DNA from: Octopus bimaculoides
Lineage: Eukaryota
NCBI RefSeq assembly: GCF_001194135.2
Contig: NC_068992.1
Location: forward strand, 32,554,998 to 32,589,411
Direction of reading: 5' to 3'
DNA length: 34,414 nucleotides
A program made the position numbers and the translations under genes. A model generated the notes under the pieces. That model was not told the origin of the DNA and made no database searches. It saw only the letters and a list, made by a program, of their open reading frames with translations. Below are positions 1-10,133 of the stretch, in pieces (position 1 is the first letter of the stretch; every line of letters begins with the position of its first letter).

Positions 1-63
1 GAAAAGCTCTACATTGTATTTGTCCCATCTTCGTTGAGCCCTGTGTGGCTAATAAAAGAAATG

Positions 64-119
<56 letters not shown>
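64..119. repeat. (TCTA)n microsatellite
   Basis: Perfect tetranucleotide run read directly from the sequence. Confidence 0.98.
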
Positions 120-149
120 AATATATCTGTCTATTTATCTACCTATTTC

Positions 150-1415
150 TGAAGTGTTGGCAGATCAGCTCCAAGTAAGTTGGCTTCATTAGTATAGAAA
201 AAGATCTTGTTTCTTGCGTTCAAAAATCACATTACCCACAACCGCCAATTTTCCATGACAAGGCTAGGGTCTGAAATACTCCAAACGGACGCATAGCATG
301 TTGCTTGGTCGAAATTGCCCAGCATTAACTCCACAAATGTTTTGTTGTCAATGCTACTGCACTTTTCCATATCACCTGTTTCAACATAACTGTAGTATAT
401 TATATACAAACTATGGCATTTTAATCCCGAGCAACGGAATATATATATANNNNNNNNNNNNNNNNNNNNNNNNNNNNNNNNNNNNNNNNNNNNNNNNNNN
501 NNNNNNNNNNNNNNNNNNNNNNNNNNNNNNNNNNNNNNNNNNNNNNNNNNNNNNNNNNNNNNNNNNNNNNNNNNNNNNNNNNNNNNNNNNNNNNNNNNNN
601 NNNNNAAATGCATAAGTATACATATATAATCCAGTAATTACGAATCGAGCAGAAAAGTCTTCGCATCTGATATTGAGTAGCTGAAATATGTGCAAACTCC
701 ATTGTCCGAAAGTATACACGGTCATCATGTTCTAAACCCAGTTTCATTGCAGCCTCTTTGTAACTATAGCAATCTACACCAGCCATTGGTCCTCATATCT
801 TCAAATGATGTAGCTCCGAGAATATGATATAGTAAAGCTCTCAGATAGAATCGCTCTTGTTCCTTTGATGAAACAATGCAGATACGCCGAACTGAGCGTC
901 TATTAATTTTTCTAAGATGTCACATTTTCTCACTATTATTCCATGTGTAAAATTCAGGGAACGCAGTATAGTGTAATGTACGTGCAAATGAGTTGGCTGT
1001 TGATTCCTGGTTAACTCACATCGTTTCAGTGTGTAGATACTATGTTCAATATCACCATCGTTATTAAAGTAAATGTATTGCTCTTTGGGTAAATGAACTG
1101 ACTGTTAGCTGTTGGACTGCAAGATATGAACCATGTAATTTTAGCCCTAAAATCCTCAAGACTGCTTCTGATGAGGATGCATAGTGGCCATTGATATAAT
1201 TTTCAATGTCATCTTTGTGTGTTTGTCGTGCATTGGTTTGTCCACTAATATTGACTGTTCACACAATCATGACCTTATGAATATATTTAACTGATTTTTT
1301 AAAACTGATTTTACAGATGCACGTATCTCGACATTACATTGACCTCCATATTTGACTAAAAGGAAGAGGGAATATGGTACTACTGAACGATTATGTAATT
1401 CACCATTAGACATAT
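150..1415 (-). mobile_element. Helitron RepHel fossil (C-terminal Rep domain plus Rep-helicase linker), with frameshifts and stops
   Basis: Manual minus-strand translation gives successive Helitron-type motifs in the expected order: HNRSVVPYSLFLLVKYGGQCNVEIRASVKSV..KYIHK.HD (~1410-1265); DIENYINGHYASSSEAVLRILGLKLHGSYLAVQQLTV/HLPKEQYIYF (~1215-1065); FARTLHYTAFPEFYTWN (~990-940); RRICIVSSKEQERFYLRALLYHILGATSFEDMRT (~890-790); YKEAAMKLGLEHDDRVYFRTMEFAHISATQYQMRRLFCSI (~765-640). These match the known DNRWVVPYN / EAxWRI / ERFYLRLLL / GLLEDD motif series of Helitron proteins. The segment left of 284 is less certain. Confidence 0.88.
412..437 (+). mobile_element. Truncated Helitron-type 3' hairpin (aatcccgagcaacgg) inside an insertion in the Rep fossil
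   Basis: ctatggcattttaatcccgagcaacgg aligns with the reverse complement of 16070-16100 (ctgtgccatcttaatcccgaacaactccggg) and resembles the 8435-8452 hairpin. It runs into (TA)n and a gap. Confidence 0.5.
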
Positions 1416-1834
1416 CAGATCAACTTCAACATTAAGTTATTTTATTATCTATATATTATGTATTTAGATTTTTTTTTAAAGTTGCATATTGAGATATTTT
1501 TACATCACTTTGAATATCAATGGTCTTTTTAGCAACTCATCTTAAAATGAATGAAACTTTTAAAACAAAATTGGCGTTTTCTTTGACGTAGAGACAAGTG
1601 GTCTTTTAAAGTGGATGGCTAAATATTTGATGAAATAGCGAGGATTAATAACCTTAAATATCATAATCCATAAAGCAGTATTTCGTTATCTTACCAACAG
1701 TTTTTAGTTTTCATTTACGCATTTTCACTGATTATAGTTATTTTAAGGACAACTACTTATGTGGTATACGCATGAGGTGTCTTACAACTTGTATGTATAT
1801 AACGAATGTGCTAACTGAAATAAAAGTATGAAAA

Positions 1835-1892
1835 ATAAACGCTTGTTGCATATTTTGGAAATCCTTTGTCTTCATCAGTGTAATACACCCAG
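1835..1892 (-). mobile_element. Possible upstream piece of the same Helitron Rep domain
   Basis: Translates as VYYTDEDKGFPKYA. This resembles the 'T...EDGYPxYRRR' motif that precedes DNRWVVPYN in Helitron Rep, and it is on the same strand and in the right order. About 420 bp of AT-rich sequence separates it from the next motif. Confidence 0.45.
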
Positions 1893-1919
1893 ATATATAT
1901 ATATAGATATATATAGATA

Positions 1920-1953
<34 letters not shown>

Positions 1954-2378
1954 NNNNNNNNNNNNNNNNNNNNNNNNNNNNNNNNNNNNNNNNNNNNNNN
2001 NNNNNNNNNNNNNNNNNNNNNNNNNNNNNNNNNNNNNNNNNNNNNNNNNNNNNNNNNNNNNNNNNNNNNNNNNNNNNNNNNNNNNNNNNNNNNNNNNNNN
2101 NNNNNNNNNNNNNNNNNNNNNNNNNNNNNNNNNNNNNNNNNNNNNNNNNNNNNNNNNNNNNNNNNNNNNNNNNNNNNNNNNNNNNNNNNNNNNNNNNNNN
2201 NNNNNNNNNNNNNNNNNNNNNNNNNNNNNNNNNNNNNNNNNNNACTGCTATTTTAAGCATGGTAGTATCTCGTAGATACCCTAAATTATAATTTTTATAA
2301 TGATTATAACCTCTGAGATTTTGATTCTCCTGCTAGCCACCTGATAAGATCGGTATTTTTGAATAACGATCTTATCCT

Positions 2379-2430
<52 letters not shown>

Positions 2431-2434
2431 TATA

Positions 2435-2465
<31 letters not shown>

Positions 2466-2480
2466 GCGTATATCTATATT
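2379..2480. repeat. Compound (TA)n/(TG)n microsatellite
   Basis: Direct reading. Confidence 0.95.
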
Positions 2481-2799
2481 ATACTGAGAGAGGATTGATT
2501 GAGAGATGGATACATATACGGACAGATAGGGAGATAGACACAAAAATACGTAAACAATGATCCGCTTGAGACAAATATACTGACCAAAAACTTTTACATC
2601 TACATCATGTAAACACTTAAAAAGTTAGACTATCAAATTTTCCATACTAATACCACTATGGAATGCTTAATTGATAAGTAACACCCTCCCAATACACAGA
2701 GGTAAAAACCCTAAATGACACAAGTATGCCAACAAACTAAAACTTACTATCCATATACATTGCATTAAAGCTGATATACATAATAAACTCACCTAAATA

Positions 2800-2980
2800 C
2801 AAACTTTTCAATACTAAGAAGTGAAGATTAAATATCCCATTTAGATCCAAATAAAATCAACAGCTAAACTAATTAACACATCTGCTGAGTGCCATACATC
2901 TTCAACCTAAGCATATCATTTTGTTACCCATGTGACCTGAAGATGGCACACCTAAATATACACACCACATAACAAACGTT
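2800..2980 (+). mobile_element. Highly decayed LINE (CR1/L2-like) reverse-transcriptase N-terminal fragment
   Basis: With frameshifts it reads KLINTSAE..YIFNLSISFCYPCDLKMAHL, resembling the 'KLLKxCA...LTHIFNLSLxxGxFPxxWKxAxV' region of CR1/L2-type RTs. It is short and degenerate. Confidence 0.35.
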
Positions 2981-4182
2981 TTTGGTGCATGGATAAATAG
3001 CTCGATCCAAAATTTAATAAATAAAATTCTGCATAACATCTTGCCATCACGACCTACCATATAACCTAATTATCATTCAAAAGAATTCAGTTTACACTAG
3101 AAAAGTTTAGCTTAACAGAGACTATAACTTTCAATATGAATATAAGTATAGCATTTTTCGATAATAGTTAGCCGGATGAAACTTCGAATTCACTGTCCAA
3201 GCTATTCTTGTTAAAGAATAATACATTTGTACTCTACCAAATGCATTGAGCAATCGTTGAATATATATATATATATACACGCGTGCACACATACGCATAT
3301 GTACTTATGAATACGTGAGATTTTCTGAAGTTTTGTGATGCCTCTATACATATTCGTACGAGTGCCTCTGTATCTATATGTATGAGTTCGTGTTTTTACA
3401 TTTTATAAGAAAAACATTTCGTCGAAATGTATCATATCACACCAAATTGTACTTCCATTCTTGAAATACACAGGAAAGAACACGATAACACTCTGTGAGC
3501 GCCGTCATATCCGGGAATCAAATAAAAGAATTAATAAGTAATCTATTTAATGTTTCTCTACCCTGAAGCAAATTTTGCAGTTCAAAATACTAGAAAATTC
3601 GTACATTATTGTCAAAGATATAGTTATTTTTTTCAGGATGAATATAATTTTTGACTCGCTTCAATCGCTACCACACACACTTTTAACCAGACTGTTTAAG
3701 TATGAATAACAACATATAAACAATATGCTACATGATGTGTATAGCTATAATGATTTTCAAAAACATTTATATTGTATTTGTAATAGGGTACATTGTGAAA
3801 AACAAATGTCAGGAATATTATAAATGTCTAGACAATAAACAACAATTAAAATACTGTTACGCTACCCAATATATAATTGTAATGTAAATTAATATATCAG
3901 TCTATTTTTGTGTAAACAACAACTAATCGAACAAATATGTTGTACGCAGTCTTCCTAACACAAAATTATTGTTTTTGTATATTTACAAACCTATTAGAAA
4001 TAAACCAAACTCTAAACAGTCAAGTTTTGAACAGTTATATCCTTTCTTTTATTTTTTGTTATATTTCTTTTCATTCTTTTTATATATTTCATATGAAACA
4101 AGAAAATTGTTTAGAGATAATTATTTCCAAATGATTTGTATAAGCGTACAAAAAACCAAAAGATGGTAGCAGTCTTGAAAAT

Positions 4183-4261
4183 CACACACACACACACGCA
4201 CACACACACACGCACACACATACACACACAACATAAACATATGCACAAACAAAACACACAC

Positions 4262-4307
<46 letters not shown>

Positions 4308-4328
4308 CGAGAGATAGATCGATAGATC

Positions 4329-4369
<41 letters not shown>
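4183..4369. repeat. (CA)n followed by (GATA)n compound microsatellite
   Basis: Direct reading. Confidence 0.95.
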
Positions 4370-4370
<1 letters not shown>

Positions 4371-5091
4371 ATGACTTCACATAAAACGTAAATATGTTAG
4401 AATAGTATTCATCTGAATGGCCTTTCTTTGGCATTAGTTGTCTGTTATGCTTTAATATACAAGCGATAGGGAAAATTATTGATTGTATGTTCTTTCATAT
4501 ATTAATTATACGTGGTGTTAAAGACGAAATATGAAAGAAATTTACCTTGTTATTGTGATAATTCTCAATATTCCGATAATTAAAATCAATTAAATAGTAT
4601 TCCATTATTCTACAATAGGTACACTTTGATTTTAACCTAGAGATTTTAAATTATATATCTCTGGAGAATGCTGCTGAAAATAAAATAACTGTTAAGTTGA
4701 TTCTTTGTCGAATTAATGTTACAGTAATGTCACAGAGATATGAAAACGTCTTCGTTGTAGTTTGAAGCCACGGAATTCTTCTCTTGCAGCTATTGAAAGG
4801 AATTTCAACGCCAGCTCCAAATCACTAAATGTATTCGTGCATGATGTTTTTCAAATAATTTAGACATCTTAATATATAAAACACCCTGTCTGTGTGTCCT
4901 CAATGCATGCTCAAATCTCTCGAACAATCTGTACCATACTCGGAAAACATGAATAATTTGATCTTGGAACGAATAATACGGTTTTTGATTTATTATTATT
5001 TTATAAAAATAAATAATATTGGTCCATATATGAATATTCACTTCTTCAAATCGTTTCCTATCTTTGGCGTCCTAACCAGCTATTATTTACA

Positions 5092-5109
5092 CAGACACAC
5101 ACACACACA

Positions 5110-5200
<91 letters not shown>
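5092..5200. repeat. (CA)n microsatellite
   Basis: Direct reading. Confidence 0.97.
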
Positions 5201-5711
5201 ATATGTATACATCATTACAGTTGTGACGATTTCTGACAAAAAAATAATTTCCAAAGGTACTTTCATGTTACAAAAAAAAATTTATACGGAGATAGAAGCC
5301 TTTTTCTCAAGTAATTAAATGAGGTACTGTATATTGTACATTGACTTTCTAGCATATGTCTCGAACGTTTTGGGAACAAGTCGCCTTATTAAGACTTGAT
5401 ATTTCATATCTAAATCCCATGTGATTATTCTTGGCGCAAATTGACTTATTAACACATTCACTTAACTGTTTTCTCAACGTCAACATAGTAACTAAGTAAC
5501 CAGCTAATTACACATTCCCATGTATGCATAGACCATTACTGGTGTGACGATTTCAGATAAAAAAGAATTTCTGAATTTATCTTCATTTTTTATATTCTTC
5601 TCCGGTTTTTTATTTGCGTAAAGTATATACCTATGTGAGTGTGTGTGTGAGAAAAAAAATTCATGCAGAGATTTCATTTAATTAATCAAATGTCAAAGTA
5701 GCATGACTGCA

Positions 5712-5995
5712 GATTTCTGACTCACCCCCGACGTTGGATGATAACTTTCAGAAAAATGGACATTTTGTAATAAAATTTGCGACAGATATGTGTTATATCA
5801 TGTAAATTCCGAATATAAACAATTCTTGGGGAAAGTGTTTTATGGTGGGTGTGAAGGGTTTTCGGAAAATTTACCAGAGTCTACTTCAATTCGCTTAACT
5901 TTAAGGAAAACGGATATTTTTAAAATGAAATTGTCTACAAATATACACCGGACTATGTAGATTCCGAGCATATAGAAATTTGGGGCAAACAGAAA
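5712..5995 (+). repeat. Left arm of a ~285 bp diverged inverted repeat (partner 6990-7278)
   Basis: Exact reverse-complement anchors: gatgataactttcag 5737-5751 vs ctgaaagttatcatc 7233-7247; tgaaattgtctacaaatata 5926-5945 vs 7036-7055. Collinear similarity lies between and beyond these anchors. Confidence 0.9.
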
Positions 5996-6989
5996 TGGGG
6001 GTTATTTTTGAGAACCGTTCCCCACTCAGGGGTGTTTCGGAACAAGTTGTCCATATTTGTTACATTTTCTCTGTTTTGTGCGTTTGTGCATCCGTGGATT
6101 TCTACTGAAGTAACAGACAATGAAGTGAAATGAAGACCTCTCCAGAAACCTTATGCAAAAAATAATAGTTAAATTCTGGTACACAGATATATGCATTTAA
6201 AACGACTTATCAGTTGCATACGATTTTTTTTTTTTTACTTTAAGTAATTTCCCAGGTAACGGTTCTAATAGAAAGGCAGAAGACACCAGAGGCAAAAATA
6301 AGGAATATACACGTACTGTTAAATATAGAAGTGTAAAGTATAATTTGTGACATAATCTCTATAATAAACAGGATATTGAATGGAATAATTCCCCGTTTGA
6401 ACTTTTTTCACTATATATATATGTATGTATGTGTGTGTGNNNNNNNNNNNNNNNNNNNNNNNNNNNNNNNNNNNNNNNNNNNNNNNNNNNNNNNNNNNNN
6501 NNNNNNNNNNNNNNNNNNNNNNNNNNNNNNNNNNNNNNNNNNNNNNNNNNNNNNNNNNNNNNNNNNNNNNNNNNNNNNNNNNNNNNNNNNNNNNNNNNNN
6601 NNNNNNNNNNNNNNNNNNNNNNNNNNNNNNNNNNNNNNNNNNNNNNNNNNNNNNNNNNNNNNNNNNNNNNNNNNNNNNNNNNNNNNNNNNNNNNNNNNNN
6701 NNNNNNNNNNNNNNNNNNNNNNNNNNNNNNNNNNNNNNNNNNNNNNNNNNNNNNNNNNNNNNNNNNNNNNNNNNNNNNNNNNNNNNNNNNNNNNNNNNNN
6801 NNNNNNNNNNNNNNNNNNNNNNNNNNNNNNNNNNNNNNNNNNNNNNNNNNNNNNNNNNNNNNNNNNNNNNNNNNNNNNNNNNNNNNNNNNNNNNNNNNNN
6901 NNNNNNNNNNNNNNNNNNNNNNNNNNNNNNNNNNNNNNNNNNNNNNNNNNNNNNNNNNNNNNNNNNNNNNNNNNNNNNNNNNNNNTAAT

Positions 6990-7278
6990 AGTGTTTCCCC
7001 AAATCCTATATGCTTGGAATCTACATAGTTTCAGATATATTTGTAGACAATTTCATTAAAAAATATCCATTTTCCTGAAAGTCAATACGAATTTAAATGG
7101 ACTCTGGTAAATTTTATGAAAATCCTCCTCACCCGCTTCTAAAACACTTTTCCGCCAAAATCTTGTATACTCGAAATGTACATGATGTAACACACATTCG
7201 TAGAAAATTTCATTAAAAAAGTATCCATTCTCCTGAAAGTTATCATCAGCCAAAGTCGTATGGGGGGGAGTAGAAAGC
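6990..7278 (-). repeat. Right arm of the ~285 bp diverged inverted repeat
   Basis: Reverse complement of 5712-5995, roughly 75-80% identical by eye. Confidence 0.9.
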
Positions 7279-7279
7279 C

Positions 7280-7956
7280 TGTGGTGAGATGGTACCAGCT
7301 GTCAATGATCTCATAATGAATGTGCTCCCAAACGTTTTCACAAAACTTTAGCAACAGTCAATGGCTCTATGAGCGAGCCATCTTATCTCCACTTTATGAT
7401 GCTATCAACAAAATCAATTGGGATCTCTTGCAGCTGTTTCCCGGACAGCTGCAAGAGTCATTCAAATCCCATGAGTCATGTATCAAGAGTTTTTCCTTCT
7501 GAGTTCCAGAACTCTCTACAGCCATCAGGGATGCTTCCTCACCAATTAACACTTAAAAACGGGGCCTCAATCATGCTGTTCAAGAATCTGGATTCACCTC
7601 GTCTGTGCAATGGCACCAAACTGGTGGTGAACGTGATGCGGCCCCATGTCCTAGAGACAACAATTATGACTGGGAGCTATAAAGGTGAGGATGTCTTCAT
7701 TCCACGGATCCCATTGATCCCATATGGCCTCTTTGAATTTAAACGGTTCCAGTTCCCAGTGAAACTTAGTTTCGCTATGTCAATAAACAAGTCTCAAGAC
7801 AGTCTCTTAAGGTTATTGGACTTCACTTTGCTTCTCTCTTGGGTAATTATAAGGAGGATATTCGTGAGTTGGAAGACCCAAAAGTCTTTTCATTTATACA
7901 CCAATTAAAAGACACACTAAAAAAACATCGAATATTTAGAAGCTCTAGATAATTAG
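7280..7956 (+). pseudogene. Helitron RepHel PIF1-family helicase C-terminus, frameshifted
   Basis: Reads [18 protein letters not shown] / [21 protein letters not shown] / [45 protein letters not shown]...[35 protein letters not shown] / KNIEYLEALDN* (tag at 7954-7956). This is the classic Helitron helicase tail (ERAILAP, RNL...LCNGTRL, FxRxQFPxRLxFAMTINKSQG). Confidence 0.95.
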
Positions 7957-8204
7957 ACGATGATTGATTTCCGGATTTGCTTTATTACATTTGTTTATAC
8001 TCACGTCACCTGATAGAATTTTTATTAAATGTACTTATTAACTGGAGAGAGCACCTTCAGGCCGTTTCTTCCCACATTTATGCATTTTCAGGTTCAACGT
8101 GTTTCAAATAAGTACTGACAATTGAACGTGATTGCAAAGACAAAGAACTAACTGTTTTTAACAACTTCAACGGTGAGAACATCGGATAAAACATGTTATT
8201 GACA

Positions 8205-8463
8205 TTAATAGTTTGTACCTCAGCTAATTACTGTTGAGAACTGCATAATCCACGTTTTATTTTCCTTTGAGACTTAAAAGGCATACTTAAATTTCATTGT
8301 TTTCCACAGCCTGGGAAACGCCGGGTTATTAACGTATAAAGTTGGTATCTCAGCTACTAGGTGGTAAGACCTGCGTAATCTTTATTTCATGATAGATACC
8401 TAAAAGGCATTTTTAAATTTCATTATTTTATTTAACCCTGGTTACGTTGGGTATTTCTGCTAG
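8205..8463 (+). mobile_element. Helitron 3' terminus, tandemly duplicated; ends CTAG|T
   Basis: Two ~130 bp related units (agtttgtacctcagct...taaaaggcatacttaaatttcatt...cctgggaaacgccgggt and agttggtatctcagct...taaaaggcatttttaaatttcatt...ccctggttacgttgggt). The second is followed by atttctg-CTAG (8460-8463) and T, the canonical Helitron hairpin + CTRR end, downstream of the helicase fragment on the same strand. Confidence 0.8.
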
Positions 8464-9081
8464 TATATTATAAAATATAACTAAGAATTGATATTTAGGC
8501 TCAACTAATATTTTACTAGCGTTATCTTGTAAATAATACCTTTAGTAAATTAAATATCTGGTTTTTAACGTGACCAATATACACATTCTTGTATATGGGG
8601 CAGATTCTTTTCCGTTACTCCCATTGAGACTTTTTAATCGACTTTCCAGAAAAAGAGACGTTGATGATTAATACAAATCATGCGAAGGGGAAGAGAGTAG
8701 AGTTGTTCAGCTCGAGTTCAATACGATACTTAATAATGTGCTTCATGTTTAAAACCATCATCATAGAGGACACAGCTTTAAATGGATTTGTTAGTCACAC
8801 GAAAAATATAACCAGGGGAAATGTTGAATTAGTTAAGGTCAATATAGTGGAGATCATGTTTGATGTCATTAGTTTGATGATCAGGTTGGGATGAATTTCG
8901 TCGCTGATCAACATACTTGCATCCGATTTCAGTTCGTCATTGACGACGGCTATAAACTGACGGGTATAATGCTCATATGCACTTTTGCGAGTACGTAGTT
9001 GCCGCAAGTATATATTGTACGGATGATGAGTGCTGTGGTTTTTGAATGATGAACCGTCATAACAAACACACATCCATGCGT

Positions 9082-9088
9082 TCACACA

Positions 9089-9142
<54 letters not shown>
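9082..9142. repeat. (CA)n/(CT)n microsatellite
   Basis: Direct reading. Confidence 0.97.
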
Positions 9143-9143
<1 letters not shown>

Positions 9144-10001
9144 ATTCGTGTTTATACTACCAAACTTCCCACATCTTTTCATCTATTTCTCATAACACAC
9201 ACACGCACTTACCAAATGTGCTTACGTACTCATGTTCATAGAAGCACTCTCTGACTTTACAAAAACACAAAAAAGATAAATACATAAATATCATCCATTC
9301 TCCCATTTAACATCCTTCGTGTCAACCATTTTGTTTGTAAACGAGCCGCCCAGATACATCAGCAGCTGCGACTTTGTTTTTTCATTCATTATGATGCCTC
9401 GAATATAAACAACACTTATTTTTTATGAAGTTTACTTTTTATTGTGTTGCATTTTATTTGCGTATATATTTGATAAAGTACCAATGTCTGAAATGTTAAG
9501 AAGTTCTCGTCTATTTCATGCAATGACTAAATTATATGCTCTGTATTATCGTTTATTCTTTTCTTTTGCTGTCCTTAGTTCATCACTGGTGGTTTCTACA
9601 TTATATTTTTATTCAGAATAATATATCTATAACAACAAAAAAGAAAAGTACTTTTGAATTATTTTAGTTTTGCTATCAGAAATGTGTTTATAATTAAAAT
9701 CACTGTTGAACACCTGGATTTACTAATTAATCACCCAGCTACTGGCTATGTTAGAAGTTTACAAAATAAGAAGACTAATGAAATTGTTTATAAAATTTGT
9801 TTCTAAAACATTACATTGATGAAGGTAAAAAAAAATCCGACAAGATTAAATTACACTGTCTTAAGACCATTCATTTGTTTCCAGTGTTTTCTGGGAAGTA
9901 ATTCAATTAATTGCAAATTGAATAAAAGGCAGGAGATAAAAAAAAAATTCATAAGATTTTCTTGTTGTTTTCCGTCTTGGATTTTTCTAACAAAACTAGC
10001 T

Positions 10002-10133
10002 ATGTGCTGCCAAAGTAATGTGGTCAAGGAAGAGGAAGTAATGAATGCAGAGGAGGTGATGCATGCTTTACTGGCGTTTGTGATTGTGGTGATAATTTTG
10101 TTACTAGTCGTGTCAAAGTTTATGCGACTTTAG
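10002..10133 (+). CDS. Candidate 43-aa single-pass membrane micropeptide, or terminal coding exon of a tail-anchored protein (MCCQSNVVKEEEVMNAEEVMHALLAFVIVVIILLLVVSKFMRL)
   Basis: ATG 10002 to TAG 10133. It is a locally less AT-rich island encoding an acidic stretch, a hydrophobic run of about 16 residues (ALLAFVIVVIILLLVV) and a short basic tail. The internal EEVMNA/EEVMHA repeat differs mostly at third codon positions. A pyrimidine tract, CTAAC and AG (9998-9999) lie just upstream. No homologue recognised. Confidence 0.4.
   Translation: MCCQSNVVKEEEVMNAEEVMHALLAFVIVVIILLLVVSKFMRL

Noticed and set aside
1165-1200. CTGATGAG followed by a weak stem, resembling a hammerhead core
   Set aside because: It is the reverse complement of the Helitron Rep codons for YASSSEA, and there is no GAAA box.
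4700-4860. Possible hAT C-terminal dimerisation-domain remnant on the minus strand (TFSDLELALKFLS...KTFSYL)
   Set aside because: It needs several frameshifts and has too few diagnostic residues to support a call.
9320-9400. GC-richer patch with FOX-like (TGTTT/GTAAAC) and E-box (CAGCTG 9363-9368) motifs upstream of the small ORF
   Set aside because: Short motifs occur by chance, and there is no conservation or chromatin evidence available.
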